From contig NC_068994.1 of NCBI RefSeq assembly GCF_001194135.2, positions 9,301,799 to 9,365,798 of the forward strand: 64,000 bases of DNA. The letters run 5' to 3'. The position numbers and the translations under genes are program-made. This DNA comes from Octopus bimaculoides. Its lineage: Eukaryota. This document shows, one piece after another, positions 12,421-25,320 of the stretch. The notes under the pieces are model-generated. The model was not told where the DNA came from, made no database searches, and saw only the letters and a list, made by a program, of their open reading frames with translations. Positions within the stretch are counted from its first letter, which is position 1; every line of letters begins with the position of its first letter.

Positions 12421-14540
12421 GACATCATAAAACACACCTACACAAACAATAACTGACATTCACATATTTCCAAACACACAAATGCCTCCATTTTTTTTTC
12501 TTGAAAAACTGATTTTGCTGTAATTTTATTATATATATATATATATATNNNNNNNNNNNNNNNNNNNNNNNNNNNNNNNNNNNNNNNNNNNNNNNNNNNN
12601 NNNNNNNNNNNNNNNNNNNNNNNNNNNNNNNNNNNNNNNNNNNNNNNNNNNNNNNNNNNNNNNNNNNNNNNNNNNNNNNNNNNNNNNNNNNNNNNNNNNN
12701 NNNNNNNNNNNNNNNNNNNNNNNNNNNNNNNNNNNNNNNNNNNNNNNNNNNNNNNNNNNNNNNNNNNNNNNNNNNNNNNNNNNNNNNNNNNNNNNNNNNN
12801 NNNNNNNNNNNNNNNNNNNNNNNNNNNNNNNNNNNNNNNNNNNNNNNNNNNNNNNNNNNNNNNNNNNNNNNNNNNNNNNNNNNNNNNNNNNNNNNNNNNN
12901 NNNNNNNNNNNNNNNNNNNNNNNNNNNNNNNNNNNNNNNNNNNNNNNNNNNNNNNNNNNNNNNNNNNNNNNNNNNNNNNNNNNNNNNNNNNNNNNNNNNN
13001 NNNNNNNNNNNNNNNNNNNNNNNNNNNNNNNNNNNNNNNNNNNNNNNNNNNNNNNNNNNNNNNNNNNNNNTATGGTTTCTTAATTTCGATGAAGTACTTA
13101 GTGATGGAAAAATAAATATTTGACAATTTCATTTCTTGCTGCATTTTATTTGTTTTCCAATCGACGAGTATTTACATTGGGCATGGTGTTTTTATTAAGT
13201 GTAAAAGATGAAACAATAGTTGCGATCCTCGTTTGCTTCGGGAAAACTTTCATTGCATCTGAGTTTATCAGATTAGATTAGTGTCCTGAATATAATAGAC
13301 ACGGCTATTTGAAAGGTATTGATTTAAAAAAAAATGTAGTGCTTTATAAAGTACAGTTGCACTTTACTGGAGTACGACTAGTCTGTCATGATCTTACCTC
13401 ATACGCTTATATATATAAATACGCACACTTACACTCAAACACACACACACATATATATATATATACACTCACAAACATACACACATACACAACCCCAAAA
13501 CACCTCCACACATTCACACGCATAATACACACATACATCCCAACTCGCAACAACTATATGTATGTGTACATAGCAGAATAAACATGATGAATAGAATTGC
13601 ATGGTTCATATTTTAGCATTTGTGTTTTGTTTACTTTTAATTATTTTAATATACTTTTATATGCATATATATGTATGTATGCTCCTTGTGTGTGTGTGTG
13701 TGCGTGTGTGTGTGTTTCGTGTGTATGGCTTAAGTTGAATATATGTATATAGGTATGTGTATAAGTGCGTATGCTATGTTGGTTCTGTTTTCGTTGAAAG
13801 AACGAAAGGAAACTCAAAAGATTGGTGTAATCAGTAAATGCTTTGCTGCATAATGTGTATATATTAAAAAATATAACGGCACGACTGTTTGCTCACTTCC
13901 TCTGGAATATTTCAAAGAATGACTATATTTTAGAAAGATATATGACTTACATATGACAGTTTAGCGACACCCTCTTTATGAACACGTCATCCATACTACG
14001 GAATTCCTGCGCAAAAAATACTGCGACCTCCGAAAATTTACCTTCAGCCAATCTTTGTTATGTTCATAGTACGAGGACTGTGTAAGTGAGATTTTTTGCA
14101 CTCAGTGTATTTCACCATTTCGTTTCCTTTTCTTGCCCAAATACTCATTAAATAGGCCTTTTGTAATGGAGTCATTAGAAAAGGTTATATACTTCCCAGC
14201 GGTTCGTTGAGCAATTCAGATGTTTCCTTTCGCTCAATGAATTGTGAATTATTTTGGTAAGGTAACACGCGATCCTCCGTATATCATGTAATACAATTAT
14301 TACGTAACAAAATGATTGACGATTAGACAACAAATAGACGACTGCAGTTAAAGTGTTTCGGTTGGATTTGAAAAGGTTTATATCACAATATCATTCTGAA
14401 ATTACACTGAATCACCAAGGTTATGTCTCATTTTGTGCAAATATATCGGTTCAAGACTTAATTAAGTATATGAGCTGCATTTTGTAGCATAAATATTTGC
14501 ATATGTATGCTAGTCATGAGTGAGATAATTACATAGATCC

Positions 14541-14855
14541 GATAATTATAATAACATATCCAGAAGAAAGTTAGCAAAACACCGACGAAATTCAATGGGC
14601 AGTATTCAACAGATATTAGCCCAATATATAATAATATTCGATAACTGTAGTAACATATCCAGACGAAAGTTGGACAAACACCGACGAAATTCAATNNNNN
14701 NNNNNGAAATTCAATGGGCAGTATTCAACAGATATTAGCCCAATATATAATAATATTCGATAACTGTAGTAACATATCCAGACGAAAGTTGGACAAACAC
14801 CGACGAAATTCAATGGGCAGTATTTAACAGATATTAGCCCAATATATAATAATAT
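14541..14855. repeat. 99-bp minisatellite, at least 3 units, interrupted by a 10-N gap
   Basis: GACGAAATTCAATGGG at 14584, with GACGAAATTCAAT recurring at 14683; GAAATTCAAT at 14706 and 14805. Both spacings are 99 bp. Confidence 0.9.
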
Positions 14856-16767
14856 ATGTAATTATAGTCCAATACAAAGAATCACATAACATATTTCAAC
14901 AATTGTATTCATATTGAAAAGCAGGTAACAATTAGTGAGTATGAGCTATTGAAAATTAAGTCTGAGGAGGCATTTCGATGTCAATCTTTTACATCCGAAC
15001 TATACGAGTTCCTGCATTATCGGCAACAACATTCAGGCACTCAACATTTAACAGCAATTCAGTTGATGCAATTTTTGCACACACCACAGCAGTTTAACAT
15101 AATAAGCAGCGGTACGTGTGATTGCCGTATCGCAAGATATGTAGCTGGCTAGTATATCTTGCACGGCACGCAGAGATTTATTTTGTATGGTTTTCTCATC
15201 TTCAGTCTTTTGATTATATTCTTCTTTGATTGAACATGCTTTCACTCAATGTGTGTTTATCTTCTGCTGAAAAATCCTTCAAGTATTATTCAAAACTTGT
15301 ATCATTTATTGTCAATACACTGAATGTACACATATGAAGTAAATAAACTTCTACGATACCTTTTCACTTAATCAGAATGTTCAAAACGTAAAGCAGGACA
15401 AGAGCTTGGGCCATTCAGACACAGTATAAATACAATAACAACTAGAAACAGGAAGGTAACGATGAAGACAAACTTGAATAAATTACCAAGTGTTAAAATT
15501 TAATTGTTATTTTCAGTCTGCTTCAATGCTTCAGACATAGAAACACATTCCGATGAATTAAAATGAGGCTGTGTTTTTAACTATATCTTTAAAATAAAAT
15601 ATCAGTTGTTTTGAGGTATAGGATGCAATGAAGAATTCCTATGCAGTGGTTATTATCATTTTTATGGAAATTTGTGCGTTTGGATTTGTTATTTGTTAAT
15701 GTAAAATTTCTTTCAATCGTTGTAAATGTCTGGTCGTTGTGTGACATTCACGAAGAATATCATTAATTAGTTAAAATAATTAGTGTTATAAGAATAACGT
15801 CTTTATTTCAAATTATAGTTAATGCATTTGTGTCGTTAATAACATTAAACTGAATAATTAATGCGTTATAGTCTTTCAACCTGTATCCCGAAAACATTCG
15901 CTCGAAATGTTACAAATGTCGGAAATCGCAGCCAAGTTCCATGTCAATTGTACCGTAGCAATACCAATTATCAATCACAGTATCAGCAACAACAGCTATC
16001 TAAAATGATCCGGTAAAATCTGATCATCCGCCTTAAATATAATTAATGCAATGATCCGTGAAATTCAACAACAATGATTATTATTTTGATAGGCACAAGC
16101 GGCACTTAAAGCATTCACAAAAACCTCATGAACAGACAAATAGACTATTGTTAATTACATTTGTAGAATTAAGTCACGTGAGTTAGTGAAGCGTAGTAGA
16201 TACATTTTTTATTCATATTCATATTAAAATATTGACAAGAGTAGGATCACCTACTTAAAGGCAGTCTTAAAAGGCAGTATATTATTATAGAATTGAAGGT
16301 AATGCTATTGCTACTTCGGAGTAATCCTTAGTTTTAATATTGTCAATATATATATATATATGTAGGCACATATACTCACAAACACACACATATATATACA
16401 TGTATTTATATATGTAGATACTATTTAATTCATTTAATCTTTTATTTAGTAAACCTAAAATATTCAGTGTTTTGAAAATGACCTAATAATAGTATCATGC
16501 TTTGGACACACTGATTCGGTAGATTTCAATATCATGCCTTGTGTGTTCGGTCGATCCCTTAGCCTCAAATAGACATCGCTGGTCTTTAACCTTCGACAAG
16601 TTAAAGTACTGCTACTGTGAATAGGTATAAAGGGCCCCAGTAGGGATATGTTCTTCATTGCATCCTATTGGGCTGCCTTATGTATGATCCCAGAGAGTTA
16701 TAAGCACATATCTATTTTATTTCTGATAACTGTTACAAATTATAGCAGAAAGTCACCAAGTACGAGT

Positions 16768-16905
16768 CTGGGTCGATTATATCAACATTAGTGCTTAACT
16801 TGTGTTTATTTTATAGACCCGGATAGGATGAAAGGCAAAGTCGAGGCAGGCGGAATTTGAACTCATTTTTCCGGCTCGGTAACGATTCTAACATCTCGCT
16901 GCCTT
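16768..16905 (-). mobile_element. SINE family A, internally deleted copy
   Basis: GTCGATTATATC...GGATGAAAGGCAAAGTCGAGGCAGGCGGAATTTGAACTCA...TAACGATTCT...CTCGCTGCCTT. Confidence 0.75.
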
Positions 16906-17671
16906 GAAACTGATCGCCAATTAATTATGAAATATGTATAATGAATACGTAGCTTTTAGCAATATGACATAACACAGATACATTCACAGAAACACACATG
17001 CAAATATATGCATACACCAGCATACATGGTTATACACATATATGTATTTATAGACGTAATATAATATAAAATAATATATATGTATATATGTATATATANN
17101 NNNNNNNNNNNNNNNNNNNNNNNNNNNNNNNNNNNNNNNNNNNNNNNNNNNNNNNNNNNNNNNNNNNNNNNNNNNNNNNNNNNNNNNNNNNNNNNNNNNN
17201 NNNNNNNNNNNNNNNNNNNNNNNNNNNNNNNNNNNNNNNNNNNNNNNNNNNNNNNNNNNNNNNNNNNNNNNNNNNNNNNNNNNNNNNNNNNNNNNNNNNN
17301 NNNNNNNNNNNNNNNNNNNNNNNNNNNNNNNNNNNNNNNNNNNNNNNNNNNNNNNNNNNNNNNNNNNNNNNNNNNNNNNNNNNNNNNNNNNNNNNNNNNN
17401 NNNNNNNNNNNNNNNNNNNNNNNNNNNNNNNNNNNNNNNNNNNNNNNNNNNNNNNNNNNNNNNNNNNNNNNNNNNNNNNNNNNNNNNNNNNNNNNNNNNN
17501 NNNNNNNNNNNNNNNNNNNNNNNNNNNNNNNNNNNNNNNNNNNNNNNNNNNNNNNNNNNNNNNNNNNNNNNNNNNNNNNNNNNNNNNNNNNNNNNNNNNN
17601 NNNNNNNNNNNNNNNNNNNNNNNNNNNNNNNNNNNNNNNNNNNNNNNNNNNNNNNNNNNNNNNNNNNNNNN

Positions 17672-17709
<38 letters not shown>

Positions 17710-18208
17710 TATGCGAGTATATTTTCTTTGAAAATATTTCGCGGAAAAAGGAACGAGCGAAAGAATAATGTATAATATATGTTTCATACCATACGCTGTA
17801 GTGGTACAGATATTTTGTTTAGCGATGCATTAAACGTCCAGCACACATGTACAATATAATAAATGTGCAACGTGAAATATCGTCAGGATATACTCTGGAA
17901 ATGTAATCTCTCCGTAACGATTATTTATATTGCAATATTTGTACAGGAACATGTATCAAATGCATCCATCTTCATAGCCAGTTTTCCTTCGATTTGCTGC
18001 ATTGCAATGTTGCAATGGCTAAAAGGCATGCACAGCAGCAAATCGTATGTATGTATGTATATATATATATATATATATATATAAACGAAAGAGGGAGGAG
18101 GGAAAGAGTTACATATACAAGCAAGCATTACTGCTATCCGGAAAGAAATTTGGTGTTCGTATAATGGATCCGTATGTTACTTATGTCTATCTATCTATCT
18201 ATCTATCT

Positions 18209-18580
18209 GGCAGAAACCAAGGTTGCGATTTAAGGACTACGTCAATTCCTCGTTAAAAGCCTGTGTGTATAACCATGTATGTATGCTGGTGTATGCATAT
18301 ATTTCCGACTAGGGGAGCAATGCCTGTCATCACGACAGATGGAGGACGCAGGTTAAGGATGGGGTAGACACCTTTGAAAGACCAGGTATTAATCACAAAT
18401 AATTTAAGCGTGCTGCTCGAAAGCGCACTACTAGCGTAGTGATTTTGCAACTGTGTATGCTTGTCAAGATCAGGGCTCATCAGCCACCAACGGAATCGCA
18501 ACAAGCAAAATATAATTTAATCCTAGAGCATGCATTGTTCCTAAAGTCCAGCAATGGTCTTCCTCGGTCACGAGTGGACG
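18209..18580 (+). mobile_element. RTE-clade LINE 3' fragment (degenerate)
   Basis: Allowing frameshifts it reads PRLRFKDYVNSSLKAC...WRTQVKDGVDTFERPGINHK*FKRAARKRTTSV...VYACQD..GLISHQRNRNKQNII*. This matches the RTE/BovB C-terminus (GRPxLRxKD...WR...C..C...GLISH) with the middle of the zinc knuckle deleted. A 3' UTR hairpin CTCG-GTCA-CGAG follows. Confidence 0.8.
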
Positions 18581-19065
18581 GCCATAGTCATCTCTGCTTG
18601 ACGTTTCTTCTCTTTTTCTTCTCTTTTTCTCTGCTCCCTGACTAAGGATTGAATCCGATACGTTGGATATTCCACTCCTCACAGCAAGTTCACTGTACCC
18701 CTATTATAAGTATGTCTTGCAATCATATGTTACCTTGTACATTCCCAATAGACTTGTTTGAAAATTGACCCGTAATCTCATCTTGAACTTAAGACGAAGC
18801 AGTATACGCAATAACACTTCGGGAGAGCAACAGCTGTCAGTTTATAGGGCAAATGATAACGTCATAAATTATAGTATATATACTTATTTTTAAAGTTGTA
18901 TTAATGTTTTTTATTTCATACACGGCTTGACCAGTGGAATTTTGATTACGTGCAAGCTAATCCATTATGTTGGTTATCGGCAATTGCAATCATGCATAGG
19001 TAAACAGAACTATGTAGTCCACTTATGGTATTATTCAGAAATGTATGTAATTATGAATGCATATG

Positions 19066-19125
<60 letters not shown>

Positions 19126-19530
19126 CATCTCAATAAAACACATAAATATATGTTATTTACATATTCAATATTTTAGTCTAACCAACAACTATAACATCTA
19201 CGTACAGACATTCACATACGTATGTATACATACATAATACACACACGCACACGCACACGCACGCACACACACATTTACATATATATATAATCAATGAGTT
19301 GGAGGATTCGTTAGCATCTAGGTAATTTGTTATGCAGGACGATGGGAAAGCTTATACTATTACATATATATATATATACATATACATACACGTATATATG
19401 CGAATATATGTGTATATATAGCTCTGTGTGTGGGTGTATATATATTGAGAGAGATAGATAGATAGGTAGATAGATAGATAGATACACGCTGGTCCATACA
19501 CACATTCAAACACACATACACACACAAACA

Positions 19531-19746
19531 TTCTTTTAACTCTAGGCACAAGGCCCGAAACTTCGGGGAAGGGGACCCAGTCGATTAGATCGATCGCAGT
19601 ACGCAACTGGTACTTAATTTATCGACCCTGAAAACATGAAAGGCAAAGTCGACCGCGGCGTAATTTGAACTCAGAACATACAAACCGACGAAATACCGCT
19701 AAGCATTTCGCCCGGCGTGCTATGGTTTCTGCTAGCTTACCGCCTT
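19531..19746 (-). mobile_element. SINE family A, complete monomeric form with tail type 2
   Basis: Head ends in GCTAGCTTACCGCC on the plus strand, the central domain is intact, and the tail is TTCTTTTAACTCTAGGCACAAGGCCCGAAAC on the plus strand. Confidence 0.9.
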
Positions 19747-20869
19747 CACACACACCCACACCTACTGACATTCTACTAATTAAAGAAATTGAGACCGTTA
19801 CAATCGACGATCTTTATTGCACGCCACAATTCTTAGATTATATTAATAAAAGAAACATTCTATTGTGTATGTCAAGAGGTTTCTGTTCATAGATGTGACA
19901 CAAAAAGACGAGTAATGATGCTAAAAATATTCCCTCAGAAACATAAATACAGGAAACATTTTGTAAGTCATGCCGTAACCAAAGTGATACACATTGCTTT
20001 CTTTCTGTAACCGAAAATCTTTCTCAGAGGGGTGAACACAAATACAAGAAGGAAGATAAATATTCCATTTTCATTTTCCTCTAATCTTAGAAGACTACTT
20101 AAATGCCGACAGAAGGCATCTTTTATTTCTACGCCAATAATGAAATACCAACGGACGAAAACTGCCGGTGTTAAAGAGTCTTTTAAAAGATTGTTAATAC
20201 AAATAAATGTCATACTAGTGAGAAAAAAAAAACATTGCAAGTATGAAAATGATCGCCCTTCCTTGTGGGGCATGTGATTTAAATAAAGCAGAAACAAAGA
20301 AATACAGAATAGGAAGGAATTCAAGGTTTACCAAAATATTAATTCCATATAAATAGCTGTTGTTAGTTGCTATGCGACATGCCCTGATTGCAATTAAAAT
20401 ATCTGCTACGCGGCTGATATACCTGTTAACAATATGCGTTCTCTCTTAAGCCAAACCAAAATAATAATGAAACAAAGAACAACTTTAATAATAATAATAA
20501 TCATAATAATAATAAGTTCTAGTCGATCTAATAATAAGAAGAAAAAGTGCAAAAATCGTGTTAACTGGAACGACTCATGTACTGAGAAGAGCATTATCGC
20601 TGTGAAAACAACATCCATTCATGAATTTTTTATTTATTTATTAATTTTTTTTAAATACATATTTTACCTGTGAATTTGGGTGTGTAAACTGGGAATGCAT
20701 ACAATGAGTTTCCCTGCCCTAGGTGTACGGAAAACACTCGGCGAGAAATAGAAGAAAATGTGAAGAAAGAAAAAGAAAAAAACAACATAATAATATTAAC
20801 AGATGGAGATTTTTGACACAAACCAGCAAGTTTTGGGGGAGTGGCAAAGTCAATGTTTAGGAATTGTCA

Positions 20870-21120
20870 TCTTCCACGTATTTGTGGTACGATGTTTCTG
20901 ATGTTCCTTGTAAAAGAGTTGTAACATTCGCCTATACATAAAAAATTCAAATGCATTATGTTCTCTTGTTGAAGGTCAATTCGTCGCAGACAATAATGTC
21001 TATTTCGTAAAACCAGCGCTCGCCAGTAGCTTTGGTCTTCGCTTACTTCGGACACTTTTATTGGTTCCAAAATACTTGTACTATTCAACGTGTTTGATCC
21101 TCTCACTTCCACGTTTGAAT
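20870..21120 (-). mobile_element. RTE-type LINE reverse transcriptase fragment (degenerate, internally deleted)
   Basis: One frame with three stops: GSERIKHVE*YKYFGT...LASAGFTK*TLL...NAFEFFMYRRMLQLFYKEH. Matches the RTE RT motifs FKYLGS, A..AF.K and AFEMWCYRRML.ISW.DH. Confidence 0.7.
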
Positions 21121-22608
21121 TTAACATTTACTTTCTCTTTTCCTACAACTATGGCATTTGTTTCCTTATGGTTGAGATGAAGAGGATACGTATTTCAAAC
21201 CTACTTGATTCCTTTTTTTGTTTTCCTCCAGAGCTAGCAACTACGTCTCCCACCGCCTTTCATATAAGAACTAGACATTGGCTAATGCACTTCTAGACGT
21301 AAAAACAAAATTACTGTTGCATATTCAAGGTCTTTTGATCGTAGTTCTATTTGATACATGGCAACCTAAACTCTAACTCCGCTGCAATTGTAACATAGAC
21401 ATGAAATCAATAAACACTGTCGCAATTACTCTGGCGTTCTATTCCTTTTGGCAACTGGCCCGGCATTTTTTATTGATATTAACGTAGTACTAAATTAAAT
21501 AATAAAGTACGACTGTAAAAGATTTAAAAAATTGCCATTTTCAATATAATTGATCAATAAACTGTAAGAAGCCCATATTTCATATAATTTTTTTTAATAG
21601 TATTTTAGTGTTTTCGACAATTTTCTCCAATTCTTTTTCTTTCCCTCATCTGTCTCCTAAAAGTAGCTTTTGGACATGTGTTTGTATTGATTTCATTTCA
21701 GTACGTACATGTCTATTTTTTCGCTAAATTTATATACATCGAATAGTCAACCGCAATACATTACTGCTGCATACTTAAGGACTGGAATTGATTGAACGCA
21801 TTATGGATGCTCTCAGATATGGCATTTACTGAAAGTGATTTAAACGCGAAATATCCCAACAATTTAGAGACAATATACTGTAATAATAAATGACTGAACC
21901 ACTCAACAAAGCTTCTCAACACGGTGATTTGCTATCTGCCATGATAACTCTCTGCAAAATAAATCTATAAAAGCGATTATAAACAATACATCTATTTTAC
22001 AGTATTTGATTTTAACTATGAATCTCTGCTTTCACATCATGCATTTTGTCGATTTTCTTACCGTTTGACGTTGAGGAATAAAATCCCTACCAAGCAGTAT
22101 ATACCAGGTAGTATTTCGATTCATATTATATGTAGACCTTTTCCATACATCTGCAATCTACGCTAATGCAAGAAATCAATATTACTTGTTCGTATTGTGT
22201 TAACACCTTGTCTATAAATTGATTAGCAAAGCACCACGATTCGTTCACTTTTTCTTTTTACTGAATAACATGATTTTCAAATTAGTACCTTGAGAAGCCA
22301 ACGTTATTAGCACATTCCGTTTCGTTAAAGAGAAATGCAACACTCACCTGCAGCAAAACACATAACTACCAAAACGTGAACCGCAAAGCAATAAATACAA
22401 CACCTGGTTTAAACATTCCAGCCAAATTATCAACCTTATAATTCACGCCACAATTTCTCATTGAAGAAAGATCGCAATCAAAGCCTCGACACAAGATTTG
22501 TATTTTAATTTTCGTTGGCGAGAGTGATTTATATGTCATTGCATTTGTGGAAACCTGTATATGAATGTGTGTGTAACTACGTGTGTGTGTGTGTGTGTGT
22601 GTGTAACT

Positions 22609-22651
<43 letters not shown>

Positions 22652-22941
22652 CTTTGCACATGTGTATATGTATACGCGTTTACCTCGAGCAGATTGTTAA
22701 TCTTCCAACTAGGTTTAGCTATACCTGTCAATTTAAGCAAGTCTTATAATTGAATGTGAACAGGAAAGATATTCTGTTTAAAACAGTCACCATTAAATTT
22801 GAAATGCACGTGATGAAGTGGTTCGTATTAAGTTTTCTATGGTTTCATAATAATGTGTAATTTGCATATGATTTTTATTATTGTTTTCTCTTTTACTCAA
22901 CCAAAACAAAAAAACAAAACAATCACTGCGACAGGTGCTGG

Positions 22942-22949
22942 TACTACTG

Positions 22950-23008
<59 letters not shown>

Positions 23009-23090
23009 GCTGCTGCTGATGTTGCTGCTGCTATTACTACTACTACCGTCGTCGTCGTCGTATCGTAGTAGTAGTGGTAGTAGTACAGTA
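22942..23090. repeat. Compound (CTA)/(GCT)/(GTC)/(TAG) microsatellite
   Basis: Visible trinucleotide runs; explains the poly-Ser/Thr/Leu ORFs. Confidence 0.9.
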
Positions 23091-23147
23091 GCTACAACTA
23101 CTAATTGTGCTGCAACTGTAACAACCGCAATAAGACAATAATTAAAC

Positions 23148-23320
23148 GAAGAAGAAGAGGTGCAGGAGGAGAAGGGGAAGAAGAAGAGGAGAGGTGCAGG
23201 AGGAGAAGGAGAAGAAGAAGAAGAGGTGTAGGAGGAGAAGGAGAAGAAGAGGAAGAGGTGCAGGAGGAGAAGGTGAAGAAGAAGAGGCAGAAGGTGAAGA
23301 AGAAATGGAAGAAGAAGAAG
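23148..23320. repeat. Purine-rich 32-34 bp minisatellite on a (GAA)n background
   Basis: GAGGTG(C/T)AGGAGGAGAAGG recurs at 23157, 23191, 23223 and 23255. Confidence 0.85.
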
Positions 23321-23937
23321 ATATCTAGAGATATTCACTCATTGGTGGCTATCTCTAGATCATGTTTCTATATAACACAACTTATTCTGGAATAAACGAT
23401 AGAAAACATGTCGGGTAAAATATTACACAAATGCGACTATGAAACGCTAATCAGCTGGTATTGAATGTGAAGCAATTTGCCCGAGTTAAACATTACACAA
23501 AATGACACAGACCATATGACTCAATTACGTATAGGTAATCTGCAACGGTGTACAAAGTAGAAAACTTTGAAAGACAACATACAAACTAGCTGTTCAGTGT
23601 CCATAGATTAGCAGGTAATGTCTACCATTAGTTTTAAACAAGTTCTACGATTTTATGAAGCATATCGACATCAAACATGTCTATTATCAGTGGGAATCTA
23701 GATAAATCTTTAGATAGATCTAATCAGCTTTGGTGATGTTAAACCTACGCAAGCTCTTTTATTTCGAGTGTTTATATACAAATCAATACAACTGAAAATC
23801 TGAGAATGTAATTTCACCACGATTTTATACAGACGAAGGCTACTAAAATATTGTAATTGTCTATTAAATCGATCATAGGCATACACACACACACGCACAT
23901 GCAAGTTTAGACATACCAGTATATACATATATTTATA

Positions 23938-23969
<32 letters not shown>

Positions 23970-24114
23970 CATCTTTATTTCTCTAAATACCTTCGCACCG
24001 TTCTCGCTCTCTTTCTCTTTCACACACACTATGCACATACGTTATATGTATATATATGTGATGTGTGTGTATGTGTGTGTGTGTTTGGGTGTTACCACTT
24101 CCACTACTAAAATT

Positions 24115-24305
24115 ACTAGTACTAATAATGCAAAAATAATAATAATAATCATAATACTAATAATGGTAATACTACTATTGGTAATAATAATAATTATTAT
24201 AACAATCATACTATTACTACTACTAATACTACTACTACTAATAATAATAATAATAATAATAATACTAAGAAGAAGAACAGCAGCAACAGCAACAACAACA
24301 ATAAT
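24115..24305. repeat. (AAT)/(ACT)/(AAC) compound microsatellite
   Basis: Low-complexity trinucleotide tract; explains the poly-Ile/Leu ORFs. Confidence 0.9.
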
Positions 24306-24504
24306 TATACACGTGTTCGTAAATACATGAAAGTAACACACATTACTAGAACAAAGTACTTATTGCAGGGTTTACAAGCAAATATTTACTGTAAGGAAGT
24401 AGGAATTTTCTGAGAAATTACATCAAAGAATGGCTTTACGAACTGGCTTTCATCTTCAAAGGCTAGCTTTTGGCGAAATCTCGGAGAAACTATCAACCTC
24501 CCCA

Positions 24505-24551
<47 letters not shown>

Positions 24552-25148
24552 NNNNNNNNNNNNNNNNNNNNNNNNNNNNNNNNNNNNNNNNNNNNNNNNN
24601 NNNNNNNNNNNNNNNNNNNNNNNNNNNNNNNNNNNNNNNNNNNNNNNNNNNNNNNNNNNNNNNNNNNNNNNNNNNNNNNNNNNNNNNNNNNNNNNNNNNN
24701 NNNNNNNNNNNNNNNNNNNNNNNNNNNNNNNNNNNNNNNNNNNNNNNNNNNNNNNNNNNNNNNNNNNNNNNNNNNNNNNNNNNNNNNNNNNNNNNNNNNN
24801 NNNNNNNNNNNNNNNNNNNNNNNNNNNNNNNNNNNNNNNNNNNNNNNNNNNNNNNNNNNNNNNNNNNNNNNNNNNNNNNNNNNNNNNNNNNNNNNNNNNN
24901 NNNNNNNNNNNNNNNNNNNNNNNNNNNNNNNNNNNNNNNNNNNNNNNNNNNNNNNNNNNNNNNNNNNNNNNNNNNNNNNNNNNNNNNNNNNNNNNNNNNN
25001 NNNNNNNNNNNNNNNNNNNNNNNNNNNNNNNNNNNNNNNNNNNNNNNNNNNNNNNNNNNNNNNNNNNNNNNNNNNNNNNNNNNNNNNNNNNNNNNNNNNN
25101 NNNNNNNNNNNNNNNNNNNNNNNNNNNNNNNNNNNNNNNNNNNNNNNN

Positions 25149-25320
25149 GTGTATAAACAACAAACAGATGCATTAGTTTAACGCTCGGCAAGAGAGAAAG
25201 TCTTTTACGTTTCGAGCCTACGCTCTTCAACAGAAAGGAACACAGAAATAAACAGGGAGAGAAAATAGAAAAAAAGGTATAGTGGCTAGCGATCTATTAT
25301 GGCGAACTATCACGGCGAAT
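25149..25320 (-). mobile_element. Penelope-like pseudo-LTR or retrozyme-like repeat with hammerhead-like motif
   Basis: Minus strand 25237-25202 reads CTTT-CTGTTGA-A-GAGC(GTAG)GCTC-GAA-ACGT-A-AAAG. A related element lies at 53630-53800. Confidence 0.55.
25202..25237 (-). ncRNA. Minimal type I hammerhead-like motif, non-canonical core (CUGUUGA)
   Basis: 4-bp stem I (CUUU/AAAG), 4-bp stem II, GAAAC, palindromic ACGU and a UA site. A6 is replaced by U and there is an extra A after A9, so activity is doubtful. Confidence 0.4.

Noticed and set aside
13951-14006. Candidate 56-nt minus-strand exon (TTTTTTGCGCAG acceptor, GTAAGT donor, reads EFRSMDDVFIKRVSLNCH)
   Set aside because: The peptide is unrecognised and has no partner exons. 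An overlapping + strand candidate with a GTAAGT donor also exists, which shows how easily such signals arise by chance. RNA-seq would be needed.
14541-14855. CRISPR-like array interpretation of the 99-bp repeat
   Set aside because: Units repeat in full with no unique spacers, there are no cas genes, and the context is eukaryotic.
23105-23395. Glu/Arg/Lys-rich ORF suggesting an acidic protein
   Set aside because: Repeat periods are 34, 32 and 32 bp, so the reading frame shifts between units. One unit has TAG in the EVQEEK frame.
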